This document shows, piece after piece, positions 1 to 9,551 of a DNA stretch of 64,000 nt. Numbering within the stretch: the stretch's first letter is position 1; the number at the start of each line of letters is the position of its first letter. The stretch is from the NCBI GenBank assembly GCA_964479755.1, contig CAYZNI010000001.1:10171-74170 (forward strand), read 5' to 3'. The position numbers and the translations under genes are program-made. The stretch comes from Candidatus Woesearchaeota archaeon (GTDB taxonomy: Archaea > Nanobdellota > Nanobdellia > Pacearchaeales > GW2011-AR1). Below the pieces are notes generated by a model, which saw only the letters and a list, made by a program, of their open reading frames with translations, had not been told where the DNA came from and made no database searches.

Positions 1-1
1 T

Positions 2-283
2 GCTGCGGCAGGAAGAGCGCTGTTCTTTGGATTTGTGTTACAATTGAGAAATAAAATTGGTTGCTGGAGGGAAGGATTTATTTTTTGGATTTTCATTTTT
101 GGAATCGGGGTCGGGAGATTTGTGTTAGACTTTTGGAGAGAGGATGAGATATATTATGGATTAAAGTCTGGGCAGTGGCTTTCTGTTGCGATGATATTGA
201 TTGCAGCGTACTATTTGGTTGCTTATTATGAGGAAGACTTGAAGAAGAGTTTGGAAAAATTTTTAAAAGTTAAAATCGTTTGA
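2..283 (+). CDS. lgt: C-terminal part of a prolipoprotein diacylglyceryl transferase (Lgt)-like membrane protein; the ORF is open from the window edge.
   Basis: The frame has no stop back to position 2. The motifs GIGVGRFVLDFWREDE and GLKSGQWLSVAMILIAAYYL resemble the Lgt C-terminal signature GRFxxEFFREPD...GQxLSxpMI. Confidence 0.4.
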   Translation, partial: AAAGRALFFGFVLQLRNKIGCWREGFIFWIFIFGIGVGRFVLDFWREDEIYYGLKSGQWLSVAMILIAAYYLVAYYEEDLKKSLEKFLKVKIV

Positions 284-2139
284 TTGAAATGAAAAGAAGG
301 CTGTTTATTTTTATTTTTATTTGTTTTGGATTTATGTATGCGCCGCTGCCCAAGGCTTCAGGAGTTTCTCAAGGAGCTTGTTTTCAGGAAGAGAATCTTA
401 ATGTATTAGCCTCCAGTGAACTGCCGAAAGAGACTCCTGTTATTTTTAGCTATGGAAATTTGCTAACTTCGTGGAAAGCAAAAGTGGAAAGTTCTGGAGT
501 TGTGCTGTTAAGCAATAATATTAATTCTATTGGGATTTTTCAGCAGGAAATTTCCGGGGTTAAACATTTCAGCTCGACGGAAAAATGCGAGTTCTATTCT
601 TTTCAAGTTAAAAGGAATCAGGGAGTTTTAAAGTATGATTTGCCGCTTGAACGCCAAGATAGAAATGCTGAAGGGAGAAAATTGTGCTATTATAAATTGA
701 GTGATGGTGCTGTCAGAGAAATTGCTTCTCTTGGTGGCGGGGCGGTTTCTCAAAATGATATTTGCCCGGAGCTTGTCAATGGCAGAGTGCAAATTGAAGG
801 AGAGGAATGCGCGGCAACTGCAGCGTGCAACGTCAATGTCCGCGCTGGCGAGAAAGAAACCCTTGCTCTTGGAGTTGATAAAGATTATTGCGGAAAAGAA
901 TTTGTATATGAGTTGAATAATGGAAACAAGATTTTGGAGACTGAGGTTAATGCGAAGGCTTCTGAATTTATTAGGGATTGCGAAAGCGGAGAGAGTGTAA
1001 GGGATAAGCTTGAAGTGAATGCAGTTTCTGGCGGAGGAACTAGTTCAGATGACGAAGAACTCAACAGCGGTGCGAGTTGCGGTTGTCGAAGAGATATAGT
1101 TCCACCCGAGAACAATCAGCCCGAATGCACTGTTCAAACAACAAGAGAATTTTTGAGCGGAAAGGCGGAAGGCAGCTCTCAATGTGAGTGCGGCCAGGTT
1201 TCAAATCCAAGCAGCGAAACTTGCCCTAGAGCCAGGTGTGCAAAGGGAGGAACCTGCGGATTTTTTTCTGGAAATTCTCAAAATGCGGCAAAGTGCGAGT
1301 GCCAACCGAATTGCCAGTCCGATTCATTAACCTGCATTGAAAGGGACCAGGGTAATCCATCCGACAGATATATCTGGTGCTGCCCAAAGTATGATGCGAG
1401 ATACTACTTGCCTCAAAAGTGCGGTGCTGCTGCGGGCACGAGGTGCTTAAATGACTGGATGCAAAATGAAGCAGACTTGATTAATCTGAGTGATTTGGGC
1501 ATAGTAAAATTACTTCCACCGAGCGGGCTCCCTCCTGGTTGCGATTGTTCAAATTCAGTTTTATTCATAATTGGAGGAGATATTTTAGAAAATGATGATG
1601 AAATTCTCAGACCATTTCTAAATTACGCGGTTATGAATTATATAAAAATGAGATCTGAAAATAATCGTGATTGCACATTTATCACGGGTGTTACAGGTTT
1701 TGATAATATGGATGATTTAGCCCAATCATTTATAGGAAAATTCAAGAAAGTTGCAGTTTTTACACACGGAGAGCCCGGACACACTGGAATAGACTTGGGA
1801 GGCAGTTTTGGAGCGCTTACTTGCAGTGGCGCAAGCAACACTTACATGCTTTCTTGTTTGGTTGGAGAGAGGCCATTTTTTGGCTTGGGAACTCCAAGAG
1901 TTGTGGAAAACTATTGTGTTCAAGCAAATCCAGGCTCAACGATACAAGTTAGCCAAACATTGGTTAGATTTGGTATTTCCCCAGATATTCCTTTAAATAA
2001 TCGTCCTGAAACTGAATTTAGTCCAATAATTTGCACGAAAGCAAACTGGGAGTGTTGGGAGTGCTTGCAGCAGAATCCTCCAAGGGCGAAGGTTGTTCCT
2101 TGTCAGGGAAACGCCTATCATAGTTTTGTGGGAAATTAG
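280..2139 (+). CDS. Secreted cysteine-rich protein, function unknown.
   Basis: 619-aa ORF with an N-terminal hydrophobic signal sequence (MKRRLFIFIFICFGFMYAPLP) and many Cys residues. It overlaps the upstream gene by atga, which suggests co-transcription. Confidence 0.5.
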   Translation: MIEMKRRLFIFIFICFGFMYAPLPKASGVSQGACFQEENLNVLASSELPKETPVIFSYGNLLTSWKAKVESSGVVLLSNNINSIGIFQQEISGVKHFSSTEKCEFYSFQVKRNQGVLKYDLPLERQDRNAEGRKLCYYKLSDGAVREIASLGGGAVSQNDICPELVNGRVQIEGEECAATAACNVNVRAGEKETLALGVDKDYCGKEFVYELNNGNKILETEVNAKASEFIRDCESGESVRDKLEVNAVSGGGTSSDDEELNSGASCGCRRDIVPPENNQPECTVQTTREFLSGKAEGSSQCECGQVSNPSSETCPRARCAKGGTCGFFSGNSQNAAKCECQPNCQSDSLTCIERDQGNPSDRYIWCCPKYDARYYLPQKCGAAAGTRCLNDWMQNEADLINLSDLGIVKLLPPSGLPPGCDCSNSVLFIIGGDILENDDEILRPFLNYAVMNYIKMRSENNRDCTFITGVTGFDNMDDLAQSFIGKFKKVAVFTHGEPGHTGIDLGGSFGALTCSGASNTYMLSCLVGERPFFGLGTPRVVENYCVQANPGSTIQVSQTLVRFGISPDIPLNNRPETEFSPIICTKANWECWECLQQNPPRAKVVPCQGNAYHSFVGN

Positions 2140-2558
2140 TATTGTATGTGATACCAATTATTTTTTGAGGTAGAGAAAAAAGAAGGATTGGGAGAGAGCC
2201 TGTGATTTCTAACAATAAAATCTGTTTGGTGTTTTTTGTTGTTTTCATTGGTTAATATGACTTTGTACAACCCATCCTGCAGGGCAGGAGCTTCAAAATA
2301 CTCGCATACAGATTTTCTATCGAAAAGTAAGCTGGTTTCGACATTATGCTGTAAGTTGATTTGATGGTTGTTATGGTCAAATAGCTCTAAACGACGTATG
2401 TTTCTTGAGTGGTACATTCTTACTTTGTTTTCAGATTGAATGATAAAAACACCAGTCTCATTGCTTTTATTTTGGGTGTGAACAGAGCAACCAGAACCAA
2501 GCGGGCTGAAAGCTAGAATTGCCGCAAGGGCTGATTTAATAATTCTTGTGCCTGCCAT
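2136..2558 (-). CDS. Small secreted protein, possibly a lipoprotein.
   Basis: 140-aa ORF. The N-terminal hydrophobic segment ends in LGSGC, which is lipobox-like. Confidence 0.35.
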   Translation of the reverse strand: MAGTRIIKSALAAILAFSPLGSGCSVHTQNKSNETGVFIIQSENKVRMYHSRNIRRLELFDHNNHQINLQHNVETSLLFDRKSVCEYFEAPALQDGLYKVILTNENNKKHQTDFIVRNHRLSPNPSFFSTSKNNWYHIQY

Positions 2559-2754
2559 AAAATTTGATTTTTTTTGAGTTTATAATCTTTTCGCGATTGG
2601 GAAATTGTCAGTTTTCTAATTAGTGAAAGAATTTTTAGGAAAAAGGACATGGAAAATTAGAGTTCTCTAAATATTAACCTGAAAATTTTTTGGCGTTAAA
2701 GTTGCACAATTAGAATTTTCAAGATGCTGTATCTAAATATGGAGATTTGATTGA

Positions 2755-2912
2755 TGAGCATTCAACTGCTAGAACTTGGAAGCAGTTGAATACATTGTGA
2801 AAATAATTTCACAAGCACGCAAATGCCTAAAATCTTGATGCATTTGCGTACATCAAGATAATAAATTATCTTGAGCATTCAACTGCTAGAACTTGGAAGC
2901 AGTTGAATACAT
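2755..2912. repeat. Perfect 41-bp direct repeat in two copies (2755..2795 and 2872..2912), with 76 bp between the copies.
   Basis: The sequence tgagcattcaactgctagaacttggaagcagttgaatacat occurs twice. Copy 2 encodes the last 9 codons plus the stop of the ATPase gene ending at 2886. Confidence 0.8.
2832..2859 (-). terminator. Hairpin with a 9-bp stem (atcttgatg/catcaagat) just downstream of the ATPase stop codon; possible transcription terminator.
   Basis: Inverted repeat with a 10-nt loop, followed on the minus strand by T-rich sequence. Confidence 0.3.
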
Positions 2913-5150
2913 CCAACTTTTCCAGCGCTCAAAAACAAGGTTTGTGTCGGGAGAGCCCGATTCTTCTCGGACTTGCTGGGAGATTTCGTGGAAGGCACCG
3001 TTGCAGAGAGAGTTGAACTGAGCCTCCAGCAAGATTGGCTTTTTTAACTTTTTTGCGGCGTCAACAATTTCTTGCTTAATTTTGGAGCGGAGCAGAATAT
3101 TGTCAAAGACAGCGTCCCAGTCGCCTGCCCAGCCCTTAACAGAGCCGGCGATTGCCTTGATGATTTCTGAATCGCCGTTGATTAATTCAGGAGTTGGTTC
3201 TAATTGGTCAGTCTCAACGTTGTATAGCATTAAATCTACAAAGCCTTTTTCTGCAAGAGGGTCCTGAGACCAGTGCTTACGAACTTCTGTGATTTTATGC
3301 ACTCTTTTTATAGAGCGAAGTCCGTCAGGAGTTTTAACCGGGTTTGCGATAATTAGCAAGTCGGTTGCTTTGAAGCTAGTCGCGGGAACTTTGAGGTCGT
3401 TGACGACTCTGTCGAAAACTCCATAGGGAGAATCGCCGTGAATAGTGCCTGCGACTACGTTGGCAAGAGCGCCGACGCGCATTGCCTCATAGAGAGCGCG
3501 AGTCTCATCGGAGCGGACTTCGCCGACAATTAATGCCGAGTCGCCCAGTCTTAAAGAGGTCCTAATTCCTTCAGACGCCTCTATTTCTGTTGAGCCAGAT
3601 GTTAAGGCGGAGCGCACTTTCATTCCGAGAATGTCATAGCCTATTTTTCTGAGAGCTTCGATTGGAAGCTCTTGCGTGTCCTCTATTACTATAGTTCTGA
3701 ACTTGGGCATGATTTCAAGCATTAAAGCTCCAAGAAGAGAAGTTTTTCCGGATGAACGTGTTCCGCTTACTAAGAGAGTTCTTGAGCCGTCTATTAAAAA
3801 AGATAACAGACCTGCGGCGAGAGGATTGAGCATTTTGTTTTCTATGAATAGTGGCAGAGTCCAGGGCTGATCGCGATGACGACGAAAAGCGTATGCAAGT
3901 CCCGAGGGGGAAAGAGGCTCAATAATGGCGGCAACTCTGGCCCGGGAGTGCTCGAAAGTCAAGTCAGTGTCTAAAACAGGATTTGCTTCGTCTAAGGGGC
4001 GACCTGATCTTAGTCGCAATTTTGCTGCCCAAGAGTTTGCGTCTTCGTAGCTTGGAATAATATTTGTGGAGCACTCGTCGTACTTTTCGTGGCGGATAAA
4101 AATTGTATTTCGATTTATCGGAGCATTGAGAACTATGTCCTGAATTTTCTCGTCCATCAACAAAATTTCAATTAAGCCAAATCCAATTGTATGGCGGACA
4201 AGGATTCTTGCAAGACTGTCAAGCTCGCGGTTTGTCAATTGAAAGTTCTTGCTTTTTGCGAGCTCAGAAGTCATATCGCGGGCAATGTTGAAAAAAACCT
4301 GGCGGGTTCTTTCAGGATCGGTGAATTCCTCTGCTTTAGGGCGATGCTCTTCTAAGACGTTTCTTGCAAGATTCAAGAGCATGTGATATTCTTCAGAGAG
4401 GGAGTATTCCGGAGGCATAACATGATAGAAATATTTTGAATCGTTTTCTCTTTTAAGAATTGTAACCAGGATTTTTTCGGAGTTTTTTTCAATTTCGTAC
4501 TGGTCTATTAACTCGGAATCTTGAGGAAGTTGGGCGGCAAGGCGAGTGAATGTGAAGTTTGGAAGAACCTCTGGGCGGAAGATTGCTTTATAGAGATCTC
4601 GCTTGCCAAAACTGAAATCGGATATTTCAGATTTCAGATTTTTAATTAGGGATGTGTTTTCCAAAAGAGAGAGAATTTTTTCCAGAAAACGCAGGTAGTT
4701 CATCTCTGATGAGGATTTTTGCCGTTCAGCATTGGACCTGAACTCCTTGACGCGTTTTTTTATTTCAGCGTAGCAAGAAATTGGATCTGATTTTAAAAGA
4801 TTAATCAGGTATTCAATGTCTTGGTAAACATTTGGAAGAGAGCCGAACATTGCCATTTTTCTCGGCGAGAGAATTTCTTCCTGTTTTGTGAGAAAGTTGC
4901 AAATTCTTGCAATTTCAGTCAGGAGGAGAACCTGCTGGGGAGGGTAGGAGTAATTTCGTTGCTGGACAAAAACGATTCTGGATATGTTTGGATTTTCGGC
5001 GAGAAGGTCAATAGTGCGAGACATTATTGAAGTTTCTTCCGCGATTGAAGGAACGAATGGAGCTCCGGCTGTGTTAATGTAAAGAATGTCCTCGCCCTGA
5101 CGCCTTTCGGTTTCGGTCGCAAACAGCTGCGCCTCCTTTTTGAATTGCAT
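2886..5150 (-). CDS. Type II/IV secretion-system family ATPase (archaeal FlaI/PilB/VirB11-like) with a long N-terminal extension.
   Basis: Walker A motif VSGTRSSGKTSLL and conserved downstream blocks (GEVRSDE, IHGDSP) typical of the GspE/FlaI family. At 754 aa it is longer than typical FlaI. Confidence 0.7.
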   Translation of the reverse strand: MQFKKEAQLFATETERRQGEDILYINTAGAPFVPSIAEETSIMSRTIDLLAENPNISRIVFVQQRNYSYPPQQVLLLTEIARICNFLTKQEEILSPRKMAMFGSLPNVYQDIEYLINLLKSDPISCYAEIKKRVKEFRSNAERQKSSSEMNYLRFLEKILSLLENTSLIKNLKSEISDFSFGKRDLYKAIFRPEVLPNFTFTRLAAQLPQDSELIDQYEIEKNSEKILVTILKRENDSKYFYHVMPPEYSLSEEYHMLLNLARNVLEEHRPKAEEFTDPERTRQVFFNIARDMTSELAKSKNFQLTNRELDSLARILVRHTIGFGLIEILLMDEKIQDIVLNAPINRNTIFIRHEKYDECSTNIIPSYEDANSWAAKLRLRSGRPLDEANPVLDTDLTFEHSRARVAAIIEPLSPSGLAYAFRRHRDQPWTLPLFIENKMLNPLAAGLLSFLIDGSRTLLVSGTRSSGKTSLLGALMLEIMPKFRTIVIEDTQELPIEALRKIGYDILGMKVRSALTSGSTEIEASEGIRTSLRLGDSALIVGEVRSDETRALYEAMRVGALANVVAGTIHGDSPYGVFDRVVNDLKVPATSFKATDLLIIANPVKTPDGLRSIKRVHKITEVRKHWSQDPLAEKGFVDLMLYNVETDQLEPTPELINGDSEIIKAIAGSVKGWAGDWDAVFDNILLRSKIKQEIVDAAKKLKKPILLEAQFNSLCNGAFHEISQQVREESGSPDTNLVFERWKSWMYSTASKF

Positions 5151-5221
5151 TTTAATTATTAGTAATATAGAGTTAAATAGATTTTGATGTTGCCGTTTTC
5201 GAAAAGTATATATATATATAT

Positions 5222-5788
5222 ATGATTTCTGATTGGAGAATGAAAAAGAGGGATAGAAGTTTTCTTAGGAGCCCTTTGGGGTTTGCTGTTATTGCTGTTG
5301 TTTTTGTGGCTGTAATTGTTGCTCTTGCAGGATTTTTTACAGGTAAGAGAGACGTGCTAACTTCACCTGGAACTATACGATATAGTTGTGGAGTAAATGT
5401 AGTTGTTGGTGGATATGGGGAGGGCAGGGGTGATATAACTGAATTATATACATCTCCGGACTTCCCATGTTGGCGTGTTGATTGCGGAGCTCCTTGGTTA
5501 GACAGCTCTTCTGTGGACGACTCGGCTCTTGCGCAGTGTTATCAAAATTTGAATCAGCAAATTGTTGATAAGTTGTTAAATAGTCATTGCCCTCAAGGTT
5601 GCTCTCCTGGATTTCGTTTTACTAGCCCTTGTCATATTATAAGATTCGAAAGGGAAGCTTATTCTTTTGCTGAGGAGGGTAATTTAAATAATTGTAGATG
5701 CGAAACTGTTGCAGAAGCTGAGGGCTATGCCGAAGTATTTTGTTGGCCTGTCCAACAGGTAGCTTTACCGATAACTCAAACAAAATAG
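5222..5788 (+). CDS. Membrane-anchored cysteine-containing protein, function unknown.
   Basis: 188-aa ORF with an N-terminal TM helix (FAVIAVVFVAVIVALAGFF). Its start codon abuts a (TA)9 tract. Confidence 0.4.
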   Translation: MISDWRMKKRDRSFLRSPLGFAVIAVVFVAVIVALAGFFTGKRDVLTSPGTIRYSCGVNVVVGGYGEGRGDITELYTSPDFPCWRVDCGAPWLDSSSVDDSALAQCYQNLNQQIVDKLLNSHCPQGCSPGFRFTSPCHIIRFEREAYSFAEEGNLNNCRCETVAEAEGYAEVFCWPVQQVALPITQTK

Positions 5789-5979
5789 ATTTCTTTGGGA
5801 CTTGTGTACGATAATGTAACGTTAATCTTTTTCTGTGAGCTAAATGACATCGAAGTTCGTATAATAATAAAATTTTCATAGACTATTATTTTTTGATTAG
5901 TGAACGATGTGAGAATTTTTTTAAAGTTAAGTTCTGGTTTTTCGAAAGGGTTTTTAAACTTTGCAAACCTTGATGAGAA

Positions 5980-6291
5980 ATGGCGAAGCAGGCGGAAGAC
6001 AGTTTTGGATGGGATAGGTTTTTTTCTGACACGAACACGAGAATAAAAGACCTGGAGGAGAAAAATAGACTGTTGAGGGACAAGATGCTTCTGATAAGCG
6101 ACAGTTTTGTGAAGGAGAGGGAGAAAAATTTCAAGGAAATTCAGGAGCTGAAGAGAACTGTTGAGATTTTAAGAATGGATAATTCAAGGATGAAAGAAAT
6201 GCTTTCGAGAGTTGGTGAGATAGTTGACAAGTCGGCAAGAAAAGAAGATTTGGCGATATTGCAAAGGCAATTTGACCTGTTCAGGGAGTGA
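5980..6291 (+). CDS. Small coiled-coil protein.
   Basis: 103-aa ORF with a heptad-rich, K/E-rich sequence. Confidence 0.35.
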   Translation: MAKQAEDSFGWDRFFSDTNTRIKDLEEKNRLLRDKMLLISDSFVKEREKNFKEIQELKRTVEILRMDNSRMKEMLSRVGEIVDKSARKEDLAILQRQFDLFRE

Positions 6292-6640
6292 TGCCGATAA
6301 ATTTAAATAATTTTTGTGAATCTAAGTTGTTTTTCAGATCCGCAGAGCATTGATCTAAGGCGTGCTTATGGCCTTGGATTTTCAATTCTTTCTCTGTTTT
6401 TCATTGTTAACGTAATACTTATTCTTATTGGAGTTTTTTTTGTTCTGCCTAATAAAAGAATTAATTTTTGTTATACTTTATTTTGATTGAAATAAATTGA
6501 CTGTTTCTTTGAATAATTAAATGGATTTAAAACTTGACATGTTGGAAACTGAATAACTTTTAAGAGCAAACTATTATAAACATATTAAGATTATTACAAT
6601 AGTACACAATCGTTGTTGTGTGTTTTGAGAGTTTAAGAAA

Positions 6641-7324
6641 ATGGGGATAATTGAAGACGTTGGAAGAATGCAGGAGGAGGGGCGGAATGATAGTGAGATT
6701 AGGAATTCTTTGAGGGCGAGGGGAATATCCGACCAGGAGATTGACGGCGTGATGTCTCAAGTATTGATAAAGGGCGTGGTTAATCAGAATTATGAGATGC
6801 CTGACCAAGGCTATGGCTTGACGCCAGTTCCAGGGCGGGGAATGGCGGGGCAGAGTTATGAGCCTGGGCAGGGAATTGACTCTCAAGTTGCAGGACAATC
6901 TTATGAAGGAATGGAACCTTCGCTAATGGAACAAGGATATGACATGGGAGCAGAACAGCAGGGGCAACAATCTGCGAGCGATATCTATGGCGCAGGATAT
7001 GGCGGGCAGTATGGATATCAACCATATCAGGAAGCAATAAGTTCTGATGTCATCACGGAAGTTGCTGAACAGGTTGTTGTTGACAAGCTTTCTGCGTTGA
7101 ATTCCAAGATTGAGCAAGCTATCGAATTAGGGAATGTGTCTGATGCCAGACTAAAAAATTTTGAGGAAAGAATTGAAAGAATTGAAAAAATTTTTGATAA
7201 ACTTCAACTGTCGATTTTGCAGAGAGTGGCGGAGTATGTGGATGATGTTAAGATTCTTAAGACTGAACTGCAGGAGACGCAGAAGTCATTCAAGTCAATT
7301 GTTTCTAAGAAAGGAATGAATTAA
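6641..7324 (+). CDS. Low-complexity Q/G/Y-rich protein with a C-terminal coiled coil.
   Basis: Contains QGYG, GQSYE and GYGGQYGYQPYQ repeats, followed by a coiled-coil tail. Confidence 0.4.
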   Translation: MGIIEDVGRMQEEGRNDSEIRNSLRARGISDQEIDGVMSQVLIKGVVNQNYEMPDQGYGLTPVPGRGMAGQSYEPGQGIDSQVAGQSYEGMEPSLMEQGYDMGAEQQGQQSASDIYGAGYGGQYGYQPYQEAISSDVITEVAEQVVVDKLSALNSKIEQAIELGNVSDARLKNFEERIERIEKIFDKLQLSILQRVAEYVDDVKILKTELQETQKSFKSIVSKKGMN

Positions 7325-7746
7325 TTTATTTGCGTCAATAACGACCACTAAAATTCAGTTATTCGAAAACCCTGTTTATTTAGAGCTTGAAAAATTTACA
7401 ATGGACTTGATTTCTTTTTTGCATTAATATTGAGAAAAAATTAGCATGTAAAAATAATGATTCAGTTCGATTTATTGGCAGAATCTCTAAAAAAAGGTAT
7501 TCGAGGTATTCTATTTTTATGCAATGCCTAATTTTTTTTGTTTTAAATAAACTTTCAATTAAATAATGGCCCTTTTAATTTATCTGAGTTTGAGATTAAA
7601 ATATTTCGAAAACCAATACGAGCTAATTATCCAGGATTATGCTTGAATAAAAAAAGATAATCTGCTGGAAATTGCATTTAAAAGAGAGAATTATTGGAGA
7701 TATTAATCAAGCCGAAATTTGCATTCCCGGAATATTTTGCTGCAAA

Positions 7747-8280
7747 TCAATTATCTCTGCCAAGAAGGTTACCTCTACCGCCGCGGGGTTTTCCACCGCC
7801 TGAGGCTGCAACTGCTATAATTACGCCGATTAGAAGAACACCAAGGACGATGTAACCGACAAAATCAGTCCCGAGGTAGCTGTTGAAGAAACCGTAACCT
7901 AGCCTGTCAAAACTTTGGAAGACAATAATGATTCCGATGATTGCACCAAGTGCGGCTAGACCGTAGCCCCAGTAGCGAGTTTCATCCAGGTCTATGAACA
8001 TTCCAACTAAAATTAGAATTGCCAGAATTATAGAGAGGCCAATTCCAAGTCTTGGGAATAATTCGGAGAGAAATGAAGAGAGGAAGAATTGATAACGAAG
8101 AGACATTAATGCGATTGCAACTGCGATTATTATGTGGACGCCCTTGTTGCCGCCAAAGAATTTTGTTGAAGCCAGAATACCATAAACTATTGCAAAGACC
8201 AAAAGCATTGGTAGCATAAAATCAAACACCCCTAATCTGTCCCACTGGAACAAGATATCTGCAAGACTGCCGTATACCAT
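7747..8280 (-). CDS. Polytopic membrane protein, paralogue of the 9552..10085 gene.
   Basis: The shared motif LPxLLVFxIVxxxLxxxKxFGxxK...IxAxxxAL and a similar C-terminal block. The start is taken at the internal Met (cat at 8278..8280) to avoid an 86-nt overlap with pyrD; the ORF track extends it to 8400. Confidence 0.5.
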   Translation of the reverse strand: MVYGSLADILFQWDRLGVFDFMLPMLLVFAIVYGILASTKFFGGNKGVHIIIAVAIALMSLRYQFFLSSFLSELFPRLGIGLSIILAILILVGMFIDLDETRYWGYGLAALGAIIGIIIVFQSFDRLGYGFFNSYLGTDFVGYIVLGVLLIGVIIAVAASGGGKPRGGRGNLLGRDN

Positions 8281-8314
8281 TGATAGATAACTTGATTTTA
8301 GTTTAAATAGGTTT

Positions 8315-9448
8315 CTATTTGTTGTCGGTGCCGATAGCTTCTGATATATTTGAGAAGCCGTCCCTTTCCAAAAGCTGGACGAGCCCGTGGTTAATTTCAC
8401 TGATTATTGAGGGACCTTCATAAATCATTCCGGTTATGAGCTGGACAAGTGAGGCACCGAGTTTTATTTTTTTGTAGGCGTCTTCAGCTGAGAAGATTCC
8501 ACCACAGCCGATAATTATGAAACGGGAAGAGTAGTTTTTGTATGCAAACCTAATTAAATTGTTTGAAAGGTTTTGGGTGGGTATTCCAGAGAAGTTCCCC
8601 TTTGTAGCGTTTGCGATTTCCTCTTTGTTGAATGAAGGGTTTTTCCTGTTTTTTGTTAAATTTCCAAAGATTAAGCCTTGAACGTTGTATTTTGAAGCGG
8701 CATTGCAGAGAGCATCGGTTTCTTTTTCTGAGAAATCAACAGGCATTTTGAGGAAGAGGGGTTTCTGCAATTTAAGGGAGTCGATTTTTTTTAGCAAAAC
8801 TGATAATTTTTTTGGTGTAGTGAAAGTTTCGCCTCCGAAAGCGTTTGGGCAGGAGATGTTCAATTCGTAGAAGTCGCCAATGTTTGATTTTTTGAGGAGG
8901 TTTAGGCTTGAAGCGTAGTCTTTAATTGCGGCTTCATCGTTTGCAGTTTCCTTGCAATTTGTTTTTGCCACGCTTATTCCGAGGGGGAATTGAAATTTCT
9001 TTTTTGAGAGTTTTGCAATTAATTCGCTTGTGCTGGAATTTTTAAGACCTTTGTTTACTAAAAGAGATTTTGATTTTATCAAACGCCCCAGCCTTGGAGG
9101 AGGGTTGCCCGCATATGGCTTGAGAGTTATTGAGCCGATAGTCTCAAAACCGAAACCCAAATCTGGGAGGATTTGGGTGAGGCGTCCGTCGTAGTCGAAG
9201 CCGGCGGCAAGGCCTACAGGATTTCGGAAGTTAATTCCCAAGATATTTTGTTTTAACGAAGAATGCTGGAAGTTGAGGAGTTTTGAGATTGAGCTTTTTG
9301 CGAGCTTGCTCGAGCCGAGAGATTCCCCGGCATTTACAAAGAAATCGTGGGCTTTTTCAGAGTCAAAGCGGAAGATTATTTTTTTGGCTAGGGAATATGA
9401 CCTTTTGCTGAGCTTTTCTCTAGCAGACAACTGAGGGGGTTTTTGCAT
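8315..9448 (-). CDS. pyrD: Dihydroorotate dehydrogenase.
   Basis: Motifs NISCPN and GCGGIFSAEDAYKKIKLGASLVQLITGMIYEGP are characteristic of DHODH. Confidence 0.75.
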   Translation of the reverse strand: MQKPPQLSAREKLSKRSYSLAKKIIFRFDSEKAHDFFVNAGESLGSSKLAKSSISKLLNFQHSSLKQNILGINFRNPVGLAAGFDYDGRLTQILPDLGFGFETIGSITLKPYAGNPPPRLGRLIKSKSLLVNKGLKNSSTSELIAKLSKKKFQFPLGISVAKTNCKETANDEAAIKDYASSLNLLKKSNIGDFYELNISCPNAFGGETFTTPKKLSVLLKKIDSLKLQKPLFLKMPVDFSEKETDALCNAASKYNVQGLIFGNLTKNRKNPSFNKEEIANATKGNFSGIPTQNLSNNLIRFAYKNYSSRFIIIGCGGIFSAEDAYKKIKLGASLVQLITGMIYEGPSIISEINHGLVQLLERDGFSNISEAIGTDNK

Positions 9449-9551
9449 TGGAATTAAGATTTAGGAGAGTTTAAAATTATTGCTATTGTTATAACTTTGT
9501 GAGAATAAGTTGGGATTATAGTAATTAAGGTTTTTAAAAAAGCGAAGCTTA

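Noticed and set aside
35-283. Independent 82-aa gene from the ORF track.
   Set aside because: The frame is open upstream to the window edge, so it is the C-terminal part of a longer Lgt-like ORF.
2755-2912. Possible CRISPR array suggested by the direct repeat.
   Set aside because: Only two repeat copies are present, there is a single spacer-like interval of 76 bp, one copy lies inside a CDS, and there are no cas genes.
5205-5222. (TA)9 tract as a TATA box for the 5222 gene.
   Set aside because: The tract abuts the start codon (positions -1 to -18) rather than lying at about -26. It is noted as a simple-sequence tract only.
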